A DNA stretch of 63,707 bases, filler included, from Nemertoderma westbladi (lineage: Eukaryota > Animalia > Xenacoelomorpha), in the NCBI GenBank assembly GCA_032718475.1. It is 4 parts of 4 records of this genome, joined end to end, with 100 filler letters (N's around TTAATTAATTAA, not from the genome) between each part and the next. Parts side by side here need not be neighbours in the genome. Positions count along the whole stretch, not along the records: positions 29,078 to 50,266 come from JAUCBJ010003116.1; positions 50,367 to 57,787 come from JAUCBJ010008918.1; positions 57,888 to 63,707 come from JAUCBJ010001534.1; 1 more part is not named here. One strand, 5' to 3'. Numbering within the stretch: the first letter of the stretch is position 1; each line of letters begins with the position of its first letter. Shown here piece by piece: positions 47,284 through 60,191 of this stretch. The translations under genes were made by a program, and so were the position numbers. The notes under the pieces are model-generated. The model was not told the DNA's origin, searched no databases, and saw nothing but the letters and a program-made list of their open reading frames with translations.

Positions 47284-50019
47284 TGGATCGGCCCGGGGAT
47301 GATCGGAAAAGGGAATGATCGGCCCAGGGAATGATCGTCCCAGGGAATGATCGTCCCAGGGAATGATCGGCCCAAGCAATGGTCGGCCGATCGGCCCAGG
47401 GATTGATCGGCCCAAGCAATGGTCGGCTGATCGGCCCAGGGAACGGTCGGCCCAGGGAATGATCGTACCAGGGATTGATCGGCCCAGGGAATGATCGGCC
47501 CTGGGATTGATCGGCCCAAGCAATGGTCGGCTGATCGGCCCAGGGAATGATCGGCCCAGGGAATGATCGTCCCAGGGAATGGTCGGCCGATCGGCCCAGG
47601 GATTGATCGGCCCAAGCAATGGTCGGCTGATCGGCCCAGGGAACGGTCGGCCCAGGGAATGATCGTACCAGGGATTGATCGGCCCAGGGAATGATCGGCC
47701 CTGGGATTGATCGGCCCAAGCAATGGTCGGCTGATCGGCCCAGGGAATGATCGGCCCAAGCAATGGTCGGCCGCTGGGCCCAGGGATTGATCGGCCCAAG
47801 TAATGGTCGGCTGATCGGCACAGCGAATGATCGGCAAATCGGCCCAGGGATTGATCGGCCCAAGCAATGGTCGGCTGATCAGCCCAGGGAACTGTCGGTC
47901 CATGCAATGGACGGCCGATCGGCCCAGGGATTGATCGGCCCAAGCAAAGGACGGCTGATCGGCCCAGTGAATGATCGGCCCAATCAATTGTCGGCTGATC
48001 GGCCCAGGGAACGGTCGGCCCAGGGAATGATCGTACCAGGGATTGATCGGCCCAGGGAATGATCGGCCCAAGCAATGGTCGGCCGATCAGCCCAGGGATT
48101 GATCGGCCCAAGCAATGGTCGGCTGATCGGCCAAGGGAACGGTCGGCCGGAATGATAGGCCCAGCGAATGATCGGCCCAAGCAATGGTCGGCCGATCGGC
48201 CCAGGGAACGGCCGGCCCAGGGAATGATCGTACCAGGTATTGATCGGCCCAGGGATTGATCGGCCCAAGCAATGGTCGGCCGATCGGCCCAGGGATTGAT
48301 CGGCACAAGCAATGGTCGGCTGATCGGCACAGGGATTGATCGGCCCGAGCAATGGTCGGCTGATCGGCCCAGGGACCGGTCGGCCCAGGGAATGATCGGC
48401 CCAGCGAACGGTCGGCCCATGGAATGATCGGCCCATGGAATGAACGGCCCAAGCAATGGTCGGCCGATCGGCCCAGGGATTGATCGGCACAAGCAATGGT
48501 CGGCTGATCGGCCCAGCGAATGATCGGCCCAAGCAATGGTCGGCCGATCGGCCCAGGGATTGATCGGCCCAAGCAATGGTCGGCTGATCGGCCCAGGGAA
48601 CGGTCGGCCCAGGGAATGATCGGCCCAGGGAATGATCGGCCCAAGCAATGGTCGGCCGATCGGCCCAGAGATTGATCGGCCCAAGCAATTGTCGGCTGAT
48701 CGGCCCAGCGAATGATCGGCCCAAGCAATGGTCGGCTGATCGGCCCAGGGAACGGTCGGCCCAGGGAATTATCGTACCAGGGATTGATCGGCCCAAGCAA
48801 TGTTCGGCTGATCGGCCCAGGGAACGGTCGGCCCAGGGAATGATCGGCCCAGGGAATGATCGGCCCAAGCAATGGTCGGCCGATCGGCCCAGGGATTGAT
48901 CGGCCCAAGCAATGGTCGGCTGATCGGCCCAGCGAATGATCGGCCCAAGCAATGGTCGGCCGATCGGCCCAGGGATTGATCGGCCCAAGCAATGGTAGAC
49001 TGATCGGCCCAGGGAACGGTCGGCCCAGGGAATGATCGTACCAGGGATTGATCGGCCCAGGCAATGCAATGGTCGGCTGATCGGCACAGCGAATGATCGG
49101 TCCAAGCAATGGTCGGCCGATCGGCCTAGGGAATGATCGCCCAGGGAATGATCGTCCCAGGGATTGATCGGCCCAAGCAATGTTCGGCTGATCGGCCCAG
49201 GGAACGGTCGGCCTAGGGAATGATCGGCCCAGGGAATGATCGGCCCAAGCAATGGTCGGCCGATCGGCCCAGGGATTGATCGGCCCAGGGATTGATCGGC
49301 CCAAGCAATGGTCGGCTGATCGGCCCAGCGAATGATCGGCCTAAGCAATGGTCGGCCGATCGGCCCAGGGACTGATCGGCCCTAGCAATGGTCGACTGAT
49401 CGGCCAGGGAACGGTCGGCCCAGGGAATGATCGTACCAGGGATTGATCGGCCCAGGGATTGATCGGCCCAGGCAATGCAATGGTCGGCTGATCGGCACAG
49501 CGAATGATCGGTCCAAGCAATGGTCGGCCGATCGGCCTAGGGAATGATCGGCCCAGGGAATGATCGTCCCAGGGATTGATCGGCCCAAGCAATGGTCGAC
49601 CGATCGGCCCAAGCAATGGTTAGACGAACGGCACAGGGAATGATCGGCCCAAGCAATGGTCGGCCGATCGGCCCAGGGAATGATCGGCCCAAGCAATGGT
49701 CGGCCGATCGGCCCAGGGACTGATCGGCCCTAGCAATGGTCGACTGATCGGCCCAGGGAACGGTCGGCCCAGGGAATGATCGTACCAGGGATTGATCGGC
49801 CCAGGGATTGATCGGCCCAGGCAATGCAATGGTCGGCTGATCGGCACAGCGAATGATCGGTCCAAGCAATGGTCGGCCGATCGGCCTAGGGAATGATCGG
49901 CCCAGGGGAATGATCGTCCCAGGGATTGATCGGCCCAAGCAATGGTCGACCGATCGGCCCAAGCAATGGTTAGACGAACGGCACAGGGAATGATCGGCCC
50001 AAGCAATGGTCGGCCGATC
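47284..50019. repeat. Complex satellite of 8/16/24-bp modules (TGATCGGCCCAGGGAA, TGATCGGCCCAAGCAATGGTCGGC)
   Basis: Direct inspection; explains the many overlapping repetitive ORFs. Confidence 0.95.
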
Positions 50020-50266
50020 ATGGGAACGGGTAAACAAAAAAAGTCTGTATATATGATGGTGACGATTGATAGGCATTACAAATATTGAGAAATAACGAAA
50101 CGACCAAAACTTTAATAACAGAGAACATACCAAGAGCTGAACCCAATGCTACGGTAGGCCGGATATAACCAATCGTGTATTGATTGACACACGACTTTAA
50201 TGATATAAATAAAAACATAAATTTAATGTGTAATATTAATTATTTTAATATATATATTTTTAATTA

Positions 50267-50366
50267 NNNNNNNNNNNNNNNNNNNNNNNNNNNNNNNNNN
50301 NNNNNNNNNNTTAATTAATTAANNNNNNNNNNNNNNNNNNNNNNNNNNNNNNNNNNNNNNNNNNNN
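50267..50366. other. Artificial contig spacer
   Basis: N44 + TTAATTAATTAA + N44. Confidence 0.97.
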
Positions 50367-51687
50367 CGTACTGTGCTTTGCCCGCTAGTTAGACATCTCC
50401 AAATATCTGCCTCTGTACCTAGCTAGCGTCCCTTGCCCAACCATATAAATCACACCGCGGCAAAGTATACGAGCCCCTTAGTCCGTCAGTGAGTCAGCCT
50501 GATTTTAGGATTCGCTGCGCGGGATTTTGTTTTATCGAAGTTTGTCTGCTCGTAGACTGTTTTCTGCCTCACCGGTTATAAGAGATCGATACTGCAATAT
50601 ATTCGCTTACTTAGAGTTTACTGTTTTGGTGAGAAGGTCGGATTTATGATTTGATTTACAAACTTTACAGTAGGATATTGCAGGTATTGTTACCGTCTCT
50701 TCCATTAGTAGGAATAGACGTATCTCTTCCAATAGTACCATTTTCAAACTTTATAATTAAATGTTATATTATCTATTTTTTTATACAATATAATTATTTT
50801 TATTATAAAGCTTGAGAACGGTATCCGTTAGGGTACAGAAATATCTCTAATAAAGATATTTATTTAATCCATCGTCCCGTTTAGTATTACATTTTTATAT
50901 ATTTCTATTGCTACTTACTTATCATGGAAATTCTTTGTTGTAGGATTAAATTACTGTCATACTACTCATATTTGTATTCGATTATGCAACGAGAACTGTT
51001 GAAGAAGATCTCGGGTTCACACAAAAAGAACACAGAAATCACAGATATCCGCTCATATGGTCATGGATACAGACTTTGCAAATAATATACTTCTACTGAA
51101 CAAAGTGGTAATAAAGGCTGCTAATGACATTGGATTGTAAATGCTACCAAGACAGAATACGTGACGTTTAATGTTCGTAGAGGCCTCGCCTCACCACCAT
51201 ACCATCGATAACAGTTCTGACATGCATTGCATAGCCCAACCAACTTGAAAGGGATACTGCTCTACTTGGGAGAAACGTCAGCCATGGAGAATTGAGAAGC
51301 CTGGAAGGACCACATTTCCACTGTCCACCCTAGTAGTAGTATTATGCCATGAATTCAATTTTCTAAAGCACTTTGTAGTTTATTCTTGTGCAGAGGTAAC
51401 TCCTACGTTGTATCCCATTCATTGACTTACCAGGATCTCATGTAATGGGATTCCCTTAAGGGACAGATGGTCTGGTCATGGTAATTGGTTAGTTAATAAC
51501 TTAATTTGTGAATCAGTGGACATGGAACATTAATTTTTCCCTTTCTTGTGGTTACTCTTTTCAGAAATATAAAAGTAATGCACTAATTGAACCTAACCAT
51601 CTTCTACCCCAAACAATGCAACATTGCACACCTTGATGTGAGGCCGATCAATAGCATAATTGATTCAATTAATTCATTACTGAAGAT

Positions 51688-51899
51688 CTACTACTACTAC
51701 TATTACTATCGGCAGCTGCATTATATATATATATTACATATATATTAGAATTAGAAATGCCTGTCTGGGTTGTCAACAAAATTGCGCCGCCTCAACTCGC
51801 TATCACCACTGACATTTGCTAGATCATCCGCATCTTCAAAGCCAGTGTCCTTTAAGATGCGTCTCAAGATAGTCATGGTTGTCCACCATGCTTATTCAC
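51688..51899 (-). mobile_element. RTE-like LINE 3' fragment
   Basis: (CTA)n tail at 51688-51708; reverse complement of about 55325-55500. Confidence 0.8.
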
Positions 51900-51924
51900 C
51901 TACAGATTTCAGCAATCAACTAAC

Positions 51925-52801
51925 CTTACTATGTATATCATGCCATGGTTGCCTGGGGCCACATTCCGCTTTAACCACAGCACATTTCTGATAGAAATCA
52001 TCACAGTGTGTAGTTCGCAATGTTTTAAACAAGGAATGGACAGGAGTATCATAACGTCCATTTGTCAGATCCAAACCACCCACGAAACCAACCAATCGCC
52101 TGCGACCATCTCCAGCCAACCCATCAGCATCGCAAATAATCGTCTTTTGATGGTGCGTGAAGCATGTCGATGCAACATGACTCTCTATCACACTCCGCAA
52201 TTTGCTGATTGGTTTTTCTGGGTCATCCTTAAACCTACCAGACAGTACAACTTCCACATTCGTCCCTTTAAAGAAGTTTAGTGTTTCCACATCATGTGTG
52301 TCCATCATCCCAGCCGTAACTGAAGTGCTGGTCTTCTCACTCCACAACAACATCAAACATTTGACACCTTTCAAAGCTTTCTCCTGGAGTAAATGACCGA
52401 CTGTAGACTGTGGCTGTCCCTCACCTCTTTGCAACCTTACTGGTGTGTGTACTGACCATCCTGTTATGTATATGAAGCGTTGGGCCTCACGTAAGGCTTT
52501 CGCTACATCATCCCAAGCACTAGGCGCGACATAACGACCATTGTGCGTCCGAATTTCTTGAGTATCCGGAAAACCCTCTTCAACACATGCGTCTTGGTAA
52601 AGTGTTACCCGGCAACCACGACGTAATGGGAAGTACATATCAGGTACCTCATGGTCGCGAGGTAACGCCCAGGGTGGGATGAACTGAATACTGAACTCCA
52701 AGGTTGCATCCGGTATGGGATTCCCTTTGTTGTCAACAAGATTAACAACTTCTTTTATCAGTTGCCCACTCTCTACCGTATGCGCAGGGATTTCGTGTTT
52801 C
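51925..52801 (-). CDS. Plant-type (C2) phospholipase D, exon with first HKD motif
   Basis: YFPLRRGCRVTLYQDA, FIYITGWSV, MDTHD, FTHHQKTIICD, FVGGLDLTNGRYDTP, GPRQPWHDIHSK; CTAG acceptor and AAG|GTTAGT donor. Confidence 0.9.
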
Positions 52802-53388
52802 CTAGTATAAATGAACAAAAATTAGAAATAAATTGCATTATAGATGCATAATGTTACATAATGTATAGCTATATATGTTGGGTGATAATTCTTTAAATGG
52901 TGGATAGGAATCCGTATTCGTCTATAAGACACACAGCATACTACTGAAGCCAATTTATAGTACACATGTTATAAAGATCACCAATTACTTTAATATCCCA
53001 GACCATCTACAATAGGTGTACATACGTAGTGCCAGTGTTATATAGTACGATTGATACCGGTATGCGTTAGCACCCCCAATTGTATATAATGTCGATTAGG
53101 TCGTATATACGGTCGCAATTGTATATATTGTTTCAAGCAATAATATCAAATTAAATATTTCCATTTTCAATTTTTACAAATTACATACTCCAAGACATAT
53201 ATTTACTATACTACTATTTACTAAAAATAATACATGGTTAAATTATCAGAATTTAAGTAATGTGATTTCTCTCTTTTCTGTAGAGGATTAACATCCTTTT
53301 TGGGAGCACTTCACTTATCAGATTACATCATGCAAATTATATAGACATACTACTACTAAAAACTACAACTGTTTACAACATAACCTAC

Positions 53389-53574
53389 CCTAATAATTCA
53401 CTGCCGACTGCGTCTTTGTCTTTAATGGCAAATTCTACTGTACTACACTTATTAGCAACGTCGATAGAGTGTTTCTCATCCCATTTTGGATTCAAATCGT
53501 CATCAATCACCATGGTTTTTATGACTCGCGCTTTGCCAAGCAACACCACAACGTAAGGGTCGCTAAAGTCCTCC
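53389..53574 (-). CDS. Plant-type phospholipase D, C2-domain exon
   Basis: SDPYV..KTMVIDDDLNPKWDE..FAIKDKDAVGSELLG; phase-2 donor GG|GTAGGT joins in frame to 52801. Confidence 0.85.
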
Positions 53575-54285
53575 CTAGAGGAAGCAATGAAATAAAATGC
53601 AACACAATAAACCGGAGGAATAAGTATTGTGGGGCGAGTCAATACTGCGAGCCATCTGCGAACTGGTATAATTACACTATGGCCGTTTTATAAAAGTCGG
53701 TGTTGGGGGTGTGTGGGCAGTAAACATCGCAAATTTATGCTCTACCTAAAACAATCATCTATTAAAGTCATTAGAACTGGTTACAGTTTTATTTTTGGGA
53801 GTAATCAGCTGTTATTTGCTTAGAATTTCCCCTGGAGAGGGATGAATTATAATTGCGTCAAAAGTTACCCCCCCCCCCCCCCCCCCCCCCCGCTATCTCT
53901 AATTCTCACATTGTAATTCGGAGACCTTCTCCCCCAGTCAGTCAGTCAGCCAGAGTCACCTATCGCTGTCTAGCTGAAACATTCTTCGAAATACGGCAAT
54001 CTCTGAAACAATTCCCATTGTTGTGAATATGAGGATTGTCATTAATAGCTTTATTACTTGGGAATTTGTAGGTATCAATAGAACCAAAAGTTTAGATTTC
54101 TATCAGAATTTCAGAAACCATCAGGTCAAAGGTCTCCCGCTAGAGGGCTACAATGTCTAAATATTAAATGCCATTCCATTTCTTTCTTTTTAATCTGATT
54201 AATTTATTTTGTTTTTAATCTGATTAATCTGATTTAATCTTAAACTTGGCAGATTATGTACTATAACATTAGCTGTGTCTTTAAA

Positions 54286-55524
54286 GGTTTGGCACTTAGA
54301 AGGATAATTGAAGAATTATCAAAAAAGAAAGACAGGCATCTGGCTGTTATCTTTGTTGACTTCTTCAAGGCCTTTGATTCAGTCTCTCGCTCACGTATGT
54401 TCAGCATACTTTCATTATATGGGATTCCTGATGAAATTATTGCAGCAATCAGATCAGTATACGATGGTTCGACAACATTTGTGTCTAATGTTGACGGTGA
54501 CACAGAACCATTTGAAGTGTTATGGGGCGTCCTCCAAGGAGACACACTTGCACCATTCTTGTTCATTATTGTGGTTGACTATGTTCTACGCATGTCCTTA
54601 GATCATCATAATGATGATGGGGTGATGATAACTCCACCTACTGGCTCCAGAAGTCGAGGAAATCCTGCCAAGTACCTAACTGATCTAGACTTTGCTGATG
54701 ACTTAGGAGTACTCTCAGAATCATTAGAGGGAGCCCAACGGCTCCTCAGCTCATTAGAACATGCTGCTTCTAGTGTTGGTCTTTTTATTAACTCCAGAAA
54801 GACCAAAATTTTGACAGTTAACTTTGAAAGTCCTCAGCAAGTCTCTGATCGGATGAGCATAAGCTCAAAGGATGGTATGCTTGAGCATGTGGACGACTGA
54901 CTTCTGTTACCTGGGATCATGGATCCGAAAGTCAGGTGAGGACCTTCGAATACGTAAGGGAAAGGCATGGGCAGCCTTGAATAGGCTTTCCAGGATTTGG
55001 AAGTCACCAAGAATTAATCGGAAACTTAAGGTCCGATTATTTAGAGCAGCAGTGGTTCCAGTACTCCTCTACGGGAGTCCATGCTGGGCTCTAACTGCTG
55101 AGGACACCAAATCTCTGGATGGCACATTCACAAGAATGCTACGCCGGGTTCATTGTGTCAAGTACAATGCACACATCTCCAACCAGACACTATATAACAT
55201 TGGAGATGTCTCATTGGTTCCCCCAAGCTTGACACTAGAACAAAATCGCCTCCGCTTTGCAGGACATTCATTTCGCCGTGAGGACCAGCCAGTGCATAAT
55301 CTTGTACTTTGGCAGCCTCATGGAGTGAATAAGCATGGTGGACAGCCCATGACATTCTTGAGACGCATTTTAAAGGACACTGGCCTTAAAGATGCGGATG
55401 ATCTAGCAAATGTCTTGGGTGATAGGGAGTTGTGGCGGTGCAATTTTGTTGACAAGCCGGCACAGCATTCTTAAAAATGCAGCTGCAATGCAGCATGCCG
55501 ATCCTAGTAGTAGTAGTAGTAGTA
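54286..55524 (+). mobile_element. 5'-truncated RTE-like LINE (RT domain plus 3' end), one frameshift near 54895
   Basis: FVDFFKAFDS, LQGDTLAP, FADD, YLGS motifs; (TAG)n tail; 11-bp TSD GTGTCTTTAAA at 54275-54285 and 55525-55535. Confidence 0.93.
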
Positions 55525-56408
55525 GTGTCTTTAAATGATTCGAATTTATGTACTACAGTAGACCGTTTGCAGTTCTGCAGTCTGTCGCTATTTCAATATT
55601 AATAATCAGTTAGTACAATAATATTTAGTATTCAAGTTTGCCAGCAAGAGTTGGCAATACTGGAGGGATCCATTGTTGCTATCAATATTGTTGTAATAAA
55701 TTACGCGCCTATGCAGGGCAGCCTAATAACGAAAAACGAAACATTGGGCAAAGTACCGTCTGTACAATACATACAATATATATACAATAGTATATATTAC
55801 TTTAAATTATCTTTTTAAATAAATATATAAACCACTCAGTCACTTAATAATAGCTACTATAGCTGCAAATATTTGGGTATAAAGTAACCCCAATAATGTT
55901 CTAAAAAGTTTTCCTCAATTATAAAATAATTAAGGAAAAATAATATTTTATATTTAGTTATATTTTTGCATATGTGTTCCGCAGGGATTTGGCTCATCAA
56001 CTATACCATGGCATACTATATTTAAAATTTAAATCGATTATCAACGTTATGCTATCAAGTCTAGAGATGGTAATCTTTCCGTTGTTAAGGTAAACTCACT
56101 GTTTAAATAGACAGCTTGGTAAGTAAATGGTACTTGACATTTAAATCTTCCCATATTTTCATATTCACCACGCGTTCGTGGTTCATCATAGCAATTGTCA
56201 TGCTTTTGTAAAATTTTATAAGAACTACATCTTTTATTATTAAAGTACCTTTTTGCAGCGTTGCGGCATATAGGACGGAACGCTACAAAGTAATAATGAC
56301 TAACTTAGCAACAATAAAATTCTAGAATTCTTCTTAATTAATCCCGTTTTCGGCTGGGTATTTATCTGCTATACATCATCTATCTCCCTTATATAATCTC
56401 CCTTATTG

Positions 56409-57203
56409 AGGCCTGTTTACACGTGGCAACTTTTAGAGCAACTTTCTCGGCAACTAGCAACTTTTTTTGGAGCAACTTAATGCAACCAACTTTACACGTG
56501 GCAACTTTACCAGCAACTTTAACAGCAATTTGGCACTTTTTCGGTATTGGGGCCCCATTTTTTGGATATTTTTGCTAGCTAGTATTTTTAGAAATTATAA
56601 AAAATGTGAAAGTCCATGATATTTCAGGTTAAACTGTTGAAGAATATATTAATGACCAAAATAATTTCCAAAAATTACTAGCTAGTAAAAAATACTAGCA
56701 TTATACCATAAAAAATCTTTTTGCTAGCTAGTATTTTTAGAAATTATAAAAAATGTGAAAGTCAATGATATTTCAGGTTAAACTGTTGAAGAATATATTA
56801 AATATTTTTGCTAGCTAGTATTTTTAGAAATATTCATTTCATTGAAGAATATATTAATGACCAAAATAATTTCCAAAAATTACTAGCTAGTAAAAAATAC
56901 TAGCATTATACCATAAAAAATCTACTAAGGTTCTAGAACATTCACTAATAATATAAATATAAAAAAATGGGGCCCCAATACCGAAAACTACTAGCTAGTT
57001 TTTGATAATTTAATTTGATTATCCCGCTTTAATTCGTCAATGCAAATTTGATTCAAGTTGCCGTAAAAGTTGACCCACTTTTACAGCAACTTTTTTTTAG
57101 AAACTTACGTGTTTACACGGAGCAACTTGATCGGCAACCTGGGTTGCTGGTCTACAAGTTGCCGAGAAAGTTGCTCTAAAAGTTGCCACGTGTAAACAGG
57201 CCT
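56409..57203. mobile_element. MITE with 47-bp perfect TIRs (PIF/Harbinger-like)
   Basis: AGGCCTGTTTACACGTGGCAACTTTTAGAGCAACTTTCTCGGCAACT and its reverse complement; internal duplications. Superfamily call tentative, TSD not clean. Confidence 0.8.
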
Positions 57204-57207
57204 TTAA

Positions 57208-57787
57208 CCCTATTAAACCGGGGGGGGGGGGGGTCAATATGACCCTTCCCGTGATTTTTTTGTTATAACTCTGAAACAAAGGCAGTGGGGGATCTGATAT
57301 TTTGTGAATTTTCCTAAAAATCTATTGTCTTCCTAATAGTGAAAACGGTTTTCAAAAATATTGAGAAGTTTTCTAGTTATAGTCTCATCATTTTTTAACC
57401 CTACTTTTGGCACTTTTTTTGAGGCGTTTTTTGAAAATTACATTTCATTAAATATGATTTGTCTCTATTTTGACATCTCTATTTTTGATTCACACCGGTT
57501 TTTTTGGTGATTGCAATTGGATGGAATTCTTCTAAATAAATTTAGAAATTTCAAACTTGTTTTTTTCGGCGGGTGCCAATTTTTGTTCCAGCACCAAATT
57601 TTGAAATATATTTCAATTTCGTAAATTGATTGTTTGAACCTGATTTTTGCGCAATAAGGATTTTTTGGGGCTCTGATTTCGATGGAATATATCCGACTTG
57701 CACCAGGAGTAACAAACTTGTATTTTTGGCGCGGTGTACAAAATTTGGTGGCAGTACGAAATTTTGTGATTCCATTCAATAGTTAAA
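57208..57787. mobile_element. Possible piggyBac-like non-autonomous element, left end
   Basis: TTAA|CCCT start; the other end is lost in the gap. Confidence 0.35.
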
Positions 57788-57887
57788 NNNNNNNNNNNNN
57801 NNNNNNNNNNNNNNNNNNNNNNNNNNNNNNNTTAATTAATTAANNNNNNNNNNNNNNNNNNNNNNNNNNNNNNNNNNNNNNNNNNNN
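57788..57887. other. Artificial contig spacer
   Basis: N44 + TTAATTAATTAA + N44. Confidence 0.97.
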
Positions 57888-60191
57888 TACTCCCTCCATA
57901 ATTCCATTTGTAAAATATGGTCGCGGTATAACGAGTTGTTCTGTTTGTTGTAAACTATCTATCCATTTTACCCATTTGATTTGAATATCTTTTGGTATGG
58001 ATTCATTCCAACCTATTTTCAATAGGTGTACTTCCTTCAGAATTTGTTTGCCGGTTATTAATATTGGCGTTATTAATCCTGGTGGGTCATATATCTTCGC
58101 TAATATTGATACATATGCCCTTTTACTATGTCCCTTCGTCTGGTCAATACTAAACTTATATTCCAAGTTATCAGTTTCCGTATTCCATGCTATCCCTAAC
58201 ACTCTGGTGCCACCTGCTGTCCCATCTGTTGACACTAGAGGTTCCTTTATTGGTATTTCTCCAGTTAACTCGTCTAAATCTTGATTACTATCAGTTTCCG
58301 TAATTGGTTGTAATGTTGAATTTAATGTATTTATTTCCATATTCTCTGACATTGGTGCACTTTCCGTGCGTGACACTATATAGGTCGCTCTATAATCTGG
58401 TACTTTATTGGTCTCCTGAACTTCCGGTTTTATGTAGGTTGACTCAACCTTCGGCACTATAGAGGCCGCCCGTACTTTCGGCACTATAGAGGCCGCCCTT
58501 ACTTTCGGCACTATAGAGGCCGTCTCTACTTTCGGCACTATAAAGGCCGTCTCTACTTCCATGGCTTTAATAAATTCCGGTGAGTTTGATACAAATTTGG
58601 TTAGCGTAAAGCCTCCTTGCGCTAGACATTCCTTGGTTCCCTTGGCCAATTTAATTAGTTGATTTATTGCGTTACGTGTTCCTACGCCGTCATCTACGTA
58701 GAACCGTTCGTTAATCATCTGTTTGACTTCATCGTCCCATTGTTTCCCATCTGGTTTGGTGAGTTTAGTAGATTCCCTCATGCAGTGGGTACAAACACAT
58801 GGCGATGACTTCGCTCCGAATATGTGAACTAACATCTTATATATGTCAATATTATGCTGATTATTCCCGTCTTGATTTCCCTCATACCATAAAAAACGTA
58901 AACTATCTGTGTCCTCTGACGTCACATACACTTGATGGAACATTGCCTGTACATCACATGTAAATGCGTATTTCCCTTCTCGAAAATGCCATAATATGTC
59001 CAGTCCTGTGTTATATAAGTTTGGTCCTTCCAATAAATAGTCGTTGAGACATTTCCCTCCGCTTTTCGCTCTAGCGTCCTGTACAATTCTATATCTGTCT
59101 TTGTGTGGTTCCCATACAGTATGCAATGGTAAATAATTCGTCTTATATGTATCCAATATTCCTGGCGGTAATTTTACTGCCCATCCTTTAGCTACATATT
59201 TGTCGATTGCCGCTTGTACCTCCTTATGTTGCTTATCATTTCGCGCTAATTTCGACTTTAACCTATCTAGTCGTTTTAATGCCATTTGTTTATTGTTTCT
59301 GAGCGTTTGTTCCTTGTCTTTCCACAACATTCCTATCTCGAAATGTCCGTCTCGAAAAACCAATGTTTTGTCCATCTGGTTTCTTGCTCTAATATCCTCT
59401 TGTGATTCTCCTACTGTTGGGTTGAATAATCCCTCACAGTCCTGTCTATAAATCGTCTCTAAGTCAACTTCCTTTGGTGTCATATAGTTTATTCCGTCAT
59501 GTCTACTTTCGTCGTTACTACTTTCGGTCTCCGTATTGTCTGATAATATTAATTCGTCGTCATCTCCCTCCACAGGTCCGTATATCACCCATCCAAAAGG
59601 TGTTAATTTTGCCCATGGTCCGTCGAATGCTCCTCTCCGTTCCTCTATTGTCTCGAAACACGCTGGATTATCCACTCCAATTAATAGACTTACCGTCGGC
59701 ACGTCTACTTCGTAATGACTAAAATCAATGCCTTTTAGATGATCATATTGGTTCGTTTGCCGTTCTGTGGGTTGGGATTTGCTAATTCCTAAGTGGTCCA
59801 TGGTTGAAATTTTCTCTGCTAATATACTGAAATTACCTCTTCCTTCTACTGCAGATATTTTTACATCGACTAATCTAGATGGAACATTTTCCGTCCGATT
59901 TCCCACTGTGGCAAGTTTCATGACGAACTCTTCCCCTTTCTCGCGTAACTTATTAGTTACTCGTTCCGATATTAATGTCGACGAAGCTCCTTCGTCCAAT
60001 AAAGCGTAGGTTGTGACACCTCGTTTATTCCTTTTGGTTGTAACTAATACGGGTACTATTTTTAAATAGACTCGTTTTCTGGTTATCGTCATATATGTAC
60101 CGACCCTTTTTGTGATGGTCTCTTGTTGATTTATTTCCGGTAAATTGTTTGAGGTGGTTGCTCCCCCCGTGGATTCTCGTCCGTTCTCCAC
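57888..60191 (-). CDS. BEL/Pao protease, reverse transcriptase and start of RNase H (cut by gap)
   Basis: ALLDEGAS, LTPFGWVIYG, YLPLH..RIVQDA..CLNDYLLEGP, DVQAMFHQV, FGAKSSP, FYVDD, RVLGIAWN, IYDPPG. Confidence 0.93.

Noticed and set aside
47184-50133. Long overlapping ORFs (up to 498 aa)
   Set aside because: Translation of a stop-poor satellite; no protein-like complexity
56047-56154. Possible first PLD exon (minus strand MGRFK..VYLNSEFTLT..LPSLD)
   Set aside because: Only faint resemblance to a C2 N-terminus and no convincing in-phase donor
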